From: Treponema sp.
Lineage (GTDB): Bacteria; Spirochaetota; Spirochaetia; Treponematales; Treponemataceae
DNA length: 64,000 nt
Reading direction: 5' to 3'
NCBI GenBank assembly: GCA_016297805.1
Contig: JAEDFX010000001.1
Location: forward strand, 4,591-68,590
Below are positions 40,317-49,253 of the stretch, piece after piece (the stretch's first letter is position 1; every line of letters begins with the position of its first letter). The translations under genes and the position numbers were made by a program. Under the pieces are notes generated by a model. The model was given only the letters and a program-made list of their open reading frames with translations. It ran no database searches and was not told the origin of the DNA.

Positions 40317-41489
40317 TTAGAAGTTGAAATTCAAATTAATGACTGTCAAATCACTTGCAGAGAACTGATTAACTAAAGATTCAAATTTTACATTAACCTT
40401 TTTACAAGCATCATCAAGATAAGAAAGATAATACAAACCTAAGTCTGTACCTTCCTGACCTTCAGGTAATTCACGATAGAAGTCAATAAGTGATTTTTTA
40501 TTTGTATTTGAAGATTTTGCCGATTCAATATTCTCTTTAACTTCCTGGAACTCATCATCCTTATTATAAAGAGTGATAGAAAGACGTCCCTGCTTACCAA
40601 TTGAAGAAGAACCGCCTCCAAGTTTCCATGAAAGGAATACAAGCTCGTGATTACGCTGTAATTCCTGAACAATCTTTGCCCGAACTTCGGGATCGAAAAT
40701 CAAAGAATCTATATCATCAATTCCATGATACATATTTCTTGCTTCTTTTCGAATGTTTGTATTTTCATTATTTAAAGCAAGTTCCATAACCATTACGGAA
40801 ATATATTCAGCAACTTTAGATTTTTCCATGTATGAAGCAAGAAGATTTCTGATAGCCACATACATTTCATTTGCACCTTCATTTTTTGCAAACAGTGTAA
40901 TGATATACCAGTTCATAAGACCAAGTCTATTCATGAACTTTTCTGACATAAGCAAATAAATATTTTTTTCTTCTGAAGAATAATCTTTATTTGCCATAAT
41001 TGATTTCCAAATAGGATCAAGAATAGTTCTTCTTGTGCTCTGAATTATATTTTCTTTATTCTGAAGAATACTTCTCAACTGACGCTCTGTCATTTGAGTT
41101 CGTTCATCAATAAGATGTGAAGGATTTGCTCGGTTATGCTTTCTTACACATTCACACTGAATAAGCTGAGAATATACATCACGGTCATACTGTTTATAAA
41201 GAAGTGAATATACAATAACCTTAGACAAATCCATTACTTCCTGACGAGAAGAAACAAATTCAGACATTGAAATTTCTATCTTAGAAATATAATCCAAAAG
41301 AATCATACTCTGAATGGATTGTGGAGAAAATTTATTTAAAGAAATTCCATACTCTTCAACATTATCTGCAAGACGGAATCTTAATAATTTCTTGTTATGA
41401 CTAATAAAATTAGAAGCACCATTCTCTGTCAAAACGACTTTTAATGGTAATTCCAAAATAAATTTCTTATCGGAGCCCATATATCCCAC
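40317..41489 (-). CDS. conserved hypothetical protein with degenerate HATPase/RsbW-like C-terminus
   Basis: VMVMELALNN, LSITLYNKD, GTDLGLYYLSYL; start could be ATG 41480. Confidence 0.55.
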   Translation of the reverse strand: MGYMGSDKKFILELPLKVVLTENGASNFISHNKKLLRFRLADNVEEYGISLNKFSPQSIQSMILLDYISKIEISMSEFVSSRQEVMDLSKVIVYSLLYKQYDRDVYSQLIQCECVRKHNRANPSHLIDERTQMTERQLRSILQNKENIIQSTRRTILDPIWKSIMANKDYSSEEKNIYLLMSEKFMNRLGLMNWYIITLFAKNEGANEMYVAIRNLLASYMEKSKVAEYISVMVMELALNNENTNIRKEARNMYHGIDDIDSLIFDPEVRAKIVQELQRNHELVFLSWKLGGGSSSIGKQGRLSITLYNKDDEFQEVKENIESAKSSNTNKKSLIDFYRELPEGQEGTDLGLYYLSYLDDACKKVNVKFESLVNQFSASDLTVINLNFNF

Positions 41490-41571
41490 TAATTGTAAAA
41501 CTTTATTACTTTAAAAAATTATACACCATAGGGCTTGCATTGTAAACTATAAAAATTATATTCTAAATGGG

Positions 41572-43482
41572 ATGAAAAATAAAAAGTTCTTTCTATATGT
41601 GTTATTCTTCATTTTATTTTCTCATTTCTCTGCTACAGGACAGGAACTTAGCAATTCTGTATACAATTTTCTTAAACAGAATAAATACAGGCCTGTTGCA
41701 CAAAATCTTTTGACTTCAGGTGAAAACAGTTTCCCTTATAATATTATTATAGACTTTCCTGCAAAAGAAAAATCAAATGAAACACTTCTGCTTGTTTTCT
41801 ATCAGGAAGAAGTAGACCATAACAAAAATGTAATAAAAAGCACTCTGGAATATCTAAGAGAATCGAAATTAGAACAGAATGTCTCTGTTCTATTCTCCTA
41901 TGGTGAAAATCAGAAGATTGAAAAACAAGGAATGATATACGGAAGTTCATCATTTTTAAACAATTTAAATTCCAGTAATGATTTCACAGCAATTATTTTT
42001 GATTTATCTAGCTCCAAAAACATGATTATTTCCAATAGCAATGGAACTACAGCCCCTGCATGGCTCATAAAAAATGAATTCAACATATTTTTAAAATCTA
42101 ATATCAGCGAAAATCTACCCCTTTATTATTTAAGTCATATGTACAGGTTGAAGCTCTTTTCTGAGCGAATTCTTGATGATTTTTTCAAAAATAATATTAC
42201 AGCCATAAAACTGAATATCAATAAAGAAAAAATAGACGATGAAAAGCTTATATTCATAATAAAAGAATCTATAAACAAATATTCTCAAACAGAAATAAAA
42301 AACTGGGATCAGCATTTTTTGATGCTCCGTTATTTTACGAGATATGTTAATCTTTCTGAAAAAGCTACCATTCAAATTATTTTGGTAATAATTCTAGTAT
42401 GTCTTTTTTCTTTAATGATTTTGTTTTTCGTTAATACCAGCATGAAAAAACATGCTTGGCAAAGATTAAAAAAGATATGGTACATAGTTCCTGTGACTTT
42501 TGCAGTCATATATCTTTCATTTTTTGAAGGAAAGTTTATTTTCAATGCTCTAAAATTAAAAATGAATGATGTTCAGAAAATATATTTTCTTTTGTCTCTG
42601 CAAATTTTTATAGGTTTTATGAATACCTCAATCATTTATCTTTTTACTCTTTTATATAACAAAGACTTTGAAGCCCGTTCTATTGATTATTTAATAATCA
42701 TTTCCTGTTTTATAAATCAGTCACTTTTTATTCTTGTTGATATTTCTCTTTTCCCTATTTTCATGATTATCAGCCTTCTTTCTATACTGGCTCTTTCTGT
42801 GAAAAATAACGTACTGCACATTATAATTTTCATTTTTATGATTATACCTTTTGTGCCTTATCTACACGATATTGTAAAATTTGCAGATATCCAGTCTTTG
42901 AAAAATTTTGTACTGAATAAAAATACTGTCTCACTTGCATTTACATTTATCCTGTATCCAATCCTGATTGTTGATTTTAGAATTCTTACTTATTACCGAA
43001 ATATTCGTTTTAAGAAGTCCTCTGTCTTTATTGGAACAGGAAGTTCTGTTGTCATTATTCTAATCACTTTAACCTTGATTTCTTCAGTACGAACATTCCA
43101 GCTCAGCAAAATAAATGAAGCTAAATCAAATAAACTGATTAGAACTTCCCGGGAAGAACTGATTGATTTTAATTATTTTGACAAAGATATCTTTAATGAT
43201 ACAATCCGAACAATTTTTATAGGTCTTAAGGAAAAGCCTCTTCAATGTGATGTAACATTGATTGGGGAAAATCATTCACCTATTCTTTATACCGATAATG
43301 ATTTTGAAATTATTTCTCAGAATTCAGTTTTCTTTAAAATACCATATAATCCGCCTCAAAAGATGAGTTTTTCTTACGGTATTTTATCTGAACCTTGTAC
43401 AATAAAAATTACGGCAATTTTCCAGAATCAGGAAGAGAATGATTATACACTTGTAACTAAAATGGTATCTTTGGGAGGGTGA
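41572..43482 (+). CDS. polytopic membrane protein with periplasmic N-terminal domain (possibly degenerate M28-peptidase-like)
   Basis: Signal peptide, FPYNIIIDF, ~8 TM segments, C-terminal soluble domain; its stop abuts the start of the dinB fusion. Confidence 0.55.
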   Translation: MKNKKFFLYVLFFILFSHFSATGQELSNSVYNFLKQNKYRPVAQNLLTSGENSFPYNIIIDFPAKEKSNETLLLVFYQEEVDHNKNVIKSTLEYLRESKLEQNVSVLFSYGENQKIEKQGMIYGSSSFLNNLNSSNDFTAIIFDLSSSKNMIISNSNGTTAPAWLIKNEFNIFLKSNISENLPLYYLSHMYRLKLFSERILDDFFKNNITAIKLNINKEKIDDEKLIFIIKESINKYSQTEIKNWDQHFLMLRYFTRYVNLSEKATIQIILVIILVCLFSLMILFFVNTSMKKHAWQRLKKIWYIVPVTFAVIYLSFFEGKFIFNALKLKMNDVQKIYFLLSLQIFIGFMNTSIIYLFTLLYNKDFEARSIDYLIIISCFINQSLFILVDISLFPIFMIISLLSILALSVKNNVLHIIIFIFMIIPFVPYLHDIVKFADIQSLKNFVLNKNTVSLAFTFILYPILIVDFRILTYYRNIRFKKSSVFIGTGSSVVIILITLTLISSVRTFQLSKINEAKSNKLIRTSREELIDFNYFDKDIFNDTIRTIFIGLKEKPLQCDVTLIGENHSPILYTDNDFEIISQNSVFFKIPYNPPQKMSFSYGILSEPCTIKITAIFQNQEENDYTLVTKMVSLGG

Positions 43483-43484
43483 TT

Positions 43485-46400
43485 ATGGCAGAAATAACTC
43501 ATTGGTACCTTCATGTTGATTTAGACGCATTCTTTGCTTCAGTAGAACAGCTGGATCATCCGGAATACAGAGGCAAACCTGTTATTGTTGGTGGTAAACC
43601 AGAGGATCGACGAAGTGTAGTCTCAACAGCCTCTTACGAAGCCAGAAAATTTGGTGTTCATTCTGCCATGCCTACTTTCCAGGCCTACAAACTATGTCCA
43701 CAGGGAATTTTCGTTCATGGAAGAATGCAGCGATATTCCGAACTTTCCTATCAGATTATGTCCATATTCCGGGATTATTCCCCAGATGTGCAGCAAATGT
43801 CTATTGACGAAGCCTTTATAGATATTACAGGAACAGAGAAACTGTTTGGTCCTCCAGAAGAAACTGCAATGAAAATAAAAAAAGTGGTAAAGGAAAAAAC
43901 AGGACTGACCGTATCTGTGGGACTGGCCACAACCAAATATCTTGCAAAAATTGCCTCAGGCTTTTCAAAACCAGATGGATTTCATTATATACACCAAGGA
44001 CAGGAGCAAGCTTTCATGCTTGCACTTCCATTAAATAAAGTATGGGGCTTAGGTCCAAAATCACTGGAGCTTTTAAAAAGTAAAGGCTTCAAAACCACAA
44101 GAGATATTTATGAAAGAGATTTTGACACCCTGAATTTTTTATTTGGAAATAATATGGCAACATTTTTGTATGAAGTTGTCAGGGGAAAGGAAAACTCTTC
44201 CTTTTCAAAAGAAAGAAAATCTCATTCCATTAGTGCAGAAACCACATTTCCATATGATTTAACTGATGTTTACACAATTGAAACAGAACTACTGGAACTT
44301 GCCCACGGCGTATTTTTCCGATTATTGAAGGAAAACTCCTATTCCAGAACTGCATTTGTAAAAATACGCTATGATGATTTTACAACCTGCTCTATTCAGG
44401 AAACTCTAGACCGGAATATTATGACTCTGGATTCCTATTTTGAAATAATAAAAAAATTATTTGAAAAAAAATATAATAACAGTTCAGGCATAAGGCTTTT
44501 AGGTGTTGGCTTTGACAATATAGAAAAAACTGAAAGACCATACCAGCAGGAATTATTTGAGAACAATGATTCAAAAAAACAAGCTGTAGAAAAAGCTATT
44601 CTGAATCTGGAAAAGAAACATCCGGAAATAAAGGTAAGAAAAGCAAGAACTTTCAAATCTACTACGCTTAAGACAATTTTATTACTTCCGTTACTGCTAT
44701 TGCCAGCAAAAAATTATGCAAAAGAAAATACAGTTTCTCAGACAGGTGCGGCAACTATCGCCCCTGATACATTTTATGAGCCTTCAGATAAAACTACAGA
44801 AGCTCCAGAAGTTCTATTTGATTATGACATAAATGATAAAACAAAAGTAGAACTTTCAATTTCAGGTTTCTGGAAGACTTTAGTTTCTGATACTCTTTTA
44901 TTTAGTTTTGAAGAAGCCTCTCTTCCCTCTTTTGCTATTTCTTCACCAGTTTTTAAGCAGCAGGTTGAACTTTCTGCCAGTGTACTTCTAAACCAGCACT
45001 GGTTCTTTCAAGCTGATTTTGCCGAAGAATTCACAAAAAATACAATTGCTATGGGCTATCAAAGCGAAGATTTTTTACGACTGGCAAAAATTTCTAACCG
45101 GGGAATAACAATGGCTCAAGATTACTCTGGCGAAATTTTCGGATATGGATTGCAAGGTGGAGAAAATCAAGCACCTGGTATAATGGCACATTTTATGTCT
45201 CCAGATGAAAGACTTGAAGCAGATTTTGTACTCCGTTACGACATGACAGAAAGCCATTCAGCCACTTTTTATGGAATGAATCAAGTACAGGATACAAAAA
45301 TAGATCCATCAGCTTTTTTATATGGTTATTCCTATAAATTTCCTGCTGCCTCAAAAGAATATTTTCTGGAAATTGCAGATATATATGTTGAATCGAATCA
45401 AGGATCTTACACCGACTCAATTGGTCGAAAATATAAAAAACTTTCTTCCAGTGATTATTCCTACAGTTCTTTAACAGGCCTTCTATACCTTAACGCATCT
45501 GCCAATGCAGGCAGACAGGAAAATCTGATTCCATCTGTTATAGTAACTTTCAACAATTCATCCTATGTAAATCAGATTATTTCCCAGACTGGAACCTACG
45601 ATGATGTATCAAGCTTTGCAGGAGCTATACAAAAAGAGTTTAATACAAATAGTGTGAAAAAATATGAACTTAAAGATTTTACCACTTCTCCATTAATCTA
45701 TATAGATGAACGTCCCGGACTTATAATTCAGAATTCTACAGGCTTTTCTCCTTATGTAAATCCTTCTGTATACGATTGTGGACTTTCAACAGAGGCTGAA
45801 GTATTTGTAATAAACGAATCAAATGAACTTCAGATACAAGATTATATTGCTGAAAAAATTATATCAGTTGCAGAACTATATGAGGATTTTTTCAAAGAAA
45901 ACCATTTATATTACTCAATTATAAACAGAAACAACCCTGATACTGCTTATCCATTTTCATATATATCACCTGAAATCTATCTTAATCTTCAGAGCAGAAA
46001 CAATATAAAAATTATCTCCAGAAGTTATAAACCTATTTCCGAATATCAGATTGGAACCGATGCTTGTGCAGGAACTGTAATGGTCTATAAAAACAATACC
46101 CTGGATCTTTCCGCTGTATATGATAAAAACACTGGTATAGTAAAGCTTTCTTCTGCCCCAGCTTCAACAGATAAAATATTTATAAGCTGGCAGGAAGATT
46201 CTGCTGACTATTTCAATGGAGCAGTTTCTGCAGGGGCCGGATTAAAATATCATTTTACACCAGAACTTATGGTTGATACTTCCATAACTTCCAGATGGCC
46301 TGTTTCTAACAATTCTAAATACTCTACACCAGACTCAATTCAAAAAGGATTTGCTGCTTTCTCTGCAGGTATAGATTATAAAACAGAAAATCTGCATATT

Positions 46401-49253
46401 TCTGAAAAAGCTTCTCTGGCAGTCCAAAAAGACAACGCAGCAGCAGGATTGCTCGTATATTCTCCTTCAGATACATCTGATAAAACCTATTATCTGGACA
46501 GTTCAAATGGATATATTACAGAAACAGAACCTATTCTTTCTCTTGAATCCAAAACAGTAATTCTTACAAAAGAGAAAAATGGAACTATACAAAAACACAA
46601 TGGCCTTTCCGACCAGAACATAACAGGGTATAAAATTCCTCTTTCATGGAATTTTAACAGTGAAAAAAACTGGGCCTCTGTTGATATAAAACTTGAAGCT
46701 GGAGATTTATTGCGTAATGCCTCTCAATTTAATTTTGCTGTGCAGCCGGATATAAGTATTTCTAAAACTGACGAAAACTCCCAACTGAAAATATATTTAC
46801 AACTGGGAATTGATGCAGAAAATTCTGATTCCGGAGAAGACAGATACAACATTCCTTGCTGGGAAATAGATGACCTTGATATAACTAAAAATGAATGGCA
46901 GACATTATCTATTCATCTTGACGATAAACATCGGGCAAAACTTACGGCCCATACAGATTTAAGACTTATTGTTACTGGCAGTGTAGAATCCGGTACCATA
47001 TATATAGGTCCTTACGAACCTGTACAAAAAAGCATTCAAACTTATCAAGATGATTCTATACTGGTTACATCATCTACAATAGCAAATACTTCAAAGGATT
47101 CTACTGACATGATTACCTGGCATCTTCCAGCCGGCAGTGATATTTCATCTATGGAGGATTTATCAATAAAATCCCACTACTATTTTAAGCAGATTGACTT
47201 TTCCTCCTACAACAATATAGAGTTTGAATTTGGAATTGAAGGATTCAATAGTGAAAAGTATTCAGAACAGAATAACCAATGGGGATTCCAGATGAGTCTG
47301 GAAAAATCTGAAGAAGGTTTTATTTCACTATCTGCTGATAATACAGCACTTTTCATAGGAATAAAGGATTTGTCTGATTATTTTTCACATTTCCCTGAAA
47401 CTCATAAACTTAAAGTTAATCTTAATGAAAACAAGATTTTTCTCGATGATTACGAACTTCCACAAGAAAACTATACTCTTGCTATCAATGACAAAATAAA
47501 ACCTGATAAAATGATACTGAACATAAATACAGTTCAAGGCACAAATCTTTTTCATTCCGGCAGTTTTTATATTAATAAGCTTATATTGACAGATACGGAT
47601 ATCTATACAACTTTTCAGAACAACATTTCTGTTGACTACGAAAATAATAAGACTTTGATAAAAGCAGGTGATTATGAACTGTTAAAGAACGTAAATGCAG
47701 GTTTCAGTTCTAACCAGAATCTTGGAGATTTGAAAAAAATTACACCAGATGTGTCTTCACAGTTATATGCAGGAGTTACCTTTTCTGATTTGAAATTTAA
47801 AACCGATGCAAAATTGAACAACACAAAGATTGCCAATATAGGCCACAATATAGAAACCGATAAACCGATTTTTAAAATTTTTGAACTGCAGGAACAGTAC
47901 AGATTCAATCCAGGGGACACTTCCCTTAAGAAAAGTAATCTATTAAAAATGAACTTACAGGAATACAATATTCCTGTAAGCCTTACATTCAATGCTGCTG
48001 CGGATGATTTTATGTATACACGAACACAGAATAATTCTACGGCTGCTAAAATCAATTTTTCTAACGGGAATTATGGAGTTAATTTTGAATCTCAGATAAA
48101 ACTGAATCAATATTTAAATAAACTTAGAACTCCAGCTGAAGTCTATGATTTAAACAATTATTTAAATGGCTGGTCAAACATATCAAGTTTTGAATTCTCA
48201 ACAGGTGAAGAAAAAGCTGATTTACGTTCTGAACGGCTGGAAACAAAACTAGAAGGAATTTTTCCGTTTTTAAATTTTAAACCTAATATAAGATACAGTC
48301 TTCAGGGAAACTATAATTCAGGTTCCTCAACGACTTTTGAAGACAAAACCTCAATTGCATTGAATCTTCCAGTAAAAATATCAAATACTTCACTAGGATT
48401 TACACTAAGTAGAAACGGCGGAAAAACTTCTTCCATTACAGAAGGAGGTTCCTATGTATCCGACAGCAACAAGGTATTTACTCTTCAACAGGACAGACTG
48501 TGGCTATATACTTCCATTCCATTCTATGAACTTTTTGCTCCTTATTTAAAAGATGGAATTTCAGCAAATTACTCCACTCAATATGAACTTTCTTATAAAA
48601 GAAAGCTTTTTAATAATATAAATGATGTTTTTATTCCATCTAATGTAACTTTTGCAGTACAACGCAGCATTCTTTCTGAAAATACTGTTAGCGATTTGTA
48701 TCAATACAAAGCTGTCATTACAAATACATCAATAAATAATTTTGGAAGTTTAAGTCAAAAAAGAATATTCAACTGGTTCAAACAGGAAGAATTAATTACA
48801 AGCCTTTCTGGAATAGTAAAAGTTCCTGCTGATTTACCAGAGAATACTACTTTTCAGGTAACTGCATATATACAATTACTATTTCTAATCGATAACAAAA
48901 ACACTTTATCTACGGCACTGGATTATTCAATTGATTCAAATATAGACTGGGCTACTCACGCATCGGTCATATATTCAAGACCAGGTAAAACCAGTTTCAT
49001 AACAACATTAATTGATTTAATTACAAGAAAAAATTTAGATATTTCTATTACAAGAAAAGATTCATTTACAGCAGAAATTTCTCAGAAAGAAAGAATCAAT
49101 CTTCAGAAATACTACTATAATCATGGAACGGATTACGAATTCTTAAGATACTTTACAATTACAACTGGAATCGGAGCATTATTTGATTATACCCAGAATA
49201 AAGCAAGCAATTTTGGCCTGGAATTCAGCATTGGTGGAAAAGCTGAATTCTAA
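43485..49253 (+). CDS. dinB: DNA polymerase IV (DinB) fused to a ~1500-aa predicted outer-membrane protein
   Basis: HVDLDAFFASVEQ, STASYEARKFGVHSAMP, SIDEAFID, AKIASGFSKPDG, SISAETTF, IRLLGVG in aa ~1-390; then a hydrophobic segment and a long beta-rich region ending GGKAEF; GGAGG 6 nt before ATG 43485. Confidence 0.85.
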   Translation: MAEITHWYLHVDLDAFFASVEQLDHPEYRGKPVIVGGKPEDRRSVVSTASYEARKFGVHSAMPTFQAYKLCPQGIFVHGRMQRYSELSYQIMSIFRDYSPDVQQMSIDEAFIDITGTEKLFGPPEETAMKIKKVVKEKTGLTVSVGLATTKYLAKIASGFSKPDGFHYIHQGQEQAFMLALPLNKVWGLGPKSLELLKSKGFKTTRDIYERDFDTLNFLFGNNMATFLYEVVRGKENSSFSKERKSHSISAETTFPYDLTDVYTIETELLELAHGVFFRLLKENSYSRTAFVKIRYDDFTTCSIQETLDRNIMTLDSYFEIIKKLFEKKYNNSSGIRLLGVGFDNIEKTERPYQQELFENNDSKKQAVEKAILNLEKKHPEIKVRKARTFKSTTLKTILLLPLLLLPAKNYAKENTVSQTGAATIAPDTFYEPSDKTTEAPEVLFDYDINDKTKVELSISGFWKTLVSDTLLFSFEEASLPSFAISSPVFKQQVELSASVLLNQHWFFQADFAEEFTKNTIAMGYQSEDFLRLAKISNRGITMAQDYSGEIFGYGLQGGENQAPGIMAHFMSPDERLEADFVLRYDMTESHSATFYGMNQVQDTKIDPSAFLYGYSYKFPAASKEYFLEIADIYVESNQGSYTDSIGRKYKKLSSSDYSYSSLTGLLYLNASANAGRQENLIPSVIVTFNNSSYVNQIISQTGTYDDVSSFAGAIQKEFNTNSVKKYELKDFTTSPLIYIDERPGLIIQNSTGFSPYVNPSVYDCGLSTEAEVFVINESNELQIQDYIAEKIISVAELYEDFFKENHLYYSIINRNNPDTAYPFSYISPEIYLNLQSRNNIKIISRSYKPISEYQIGTDACAGTVMVYKNNTLDLSAVYDKNTGIVKLSSAPASTDKIFISWQEDSADYFNGAVSAGAGLKYHFTPELMVDTSITSRWPVSNNSKYSTPDSIQKGFAAFSAGIDYKTENLHISEKASLAVQKDNAAAGLLVYSPSDTSDKTYYLDSSNGYITETEPILSLESKTVILTKEKNGTIQKHNGLSDQNITGYKIPLSWNFNSEKNWASVDIKLEAGDLLRNASQFNFAVQPDISISKTDENSQLKIYLQLGIDAENSDSGEDRYNIPCWEIDDLDITKNEWQTLSIHLDDKHRAKLTAHTDLRLIVTGSVESGTIYIGPYEPVQKSIQTYQDDSILVTSSTIANTSKDSTDMITWHLPAGSDISSMEDLSIKSHYYFKQIDFSSYNNIEFEFGIEGFNSEKYSEQNNQWGFQMSLEKSEEGFISLSADNTALFIGIKDLSDYFSHFPETHKLKVNLNENKIFLDDYELPQENYTLAINDKIKPDKMILNINTVQGTNLFHSGSFYINKLILTDTDIYTTFQNNISVDYENNKTLIKAGDYELLKNVNAGFSSNQNLGDLKKITPDVSSQLYAGVTFSDLKFKTDAKLNNTKIANIGHNIETDKPIFKIFELQEQYRFNPGDTSLKKSNLLKMNLQEYNIPVSLTFNAAADDFMYTRTQNNSTAAKINFSNGNYGVNFESQIKLNQYLNKLRTPAEVYDLNNYLNGWSNISSFEFSTGEEKADLRSERLETKLEGIFPFLNFKPNIRYSLQGNYNSGSSTTFEDKTSIALNLPVKISNTSLGFTLSRNGGKTSSITEGGSYVSDSNKVFTLQQDRLWLYTSIPFYELFAPYLKDGISANYSTQYELSYKRKLFNNINDVFIPSNVTFAVQRSILSENTVSDLYQYKAVITNTSINNFGSLSQKRIFNWFKQEELITSLSGIVKVPADLPENTTFQVTAYIQLLFLIDNKNTLSTALDYSIDSNIDWATHASVIYSRPGKTSFITTLIDLITRKNLDISITRKDSFTAEISQKERINLQKYYYNHGTDYEFLRYFTITTGIGALFDYTQNKASNFGLEFSIGGKAEF

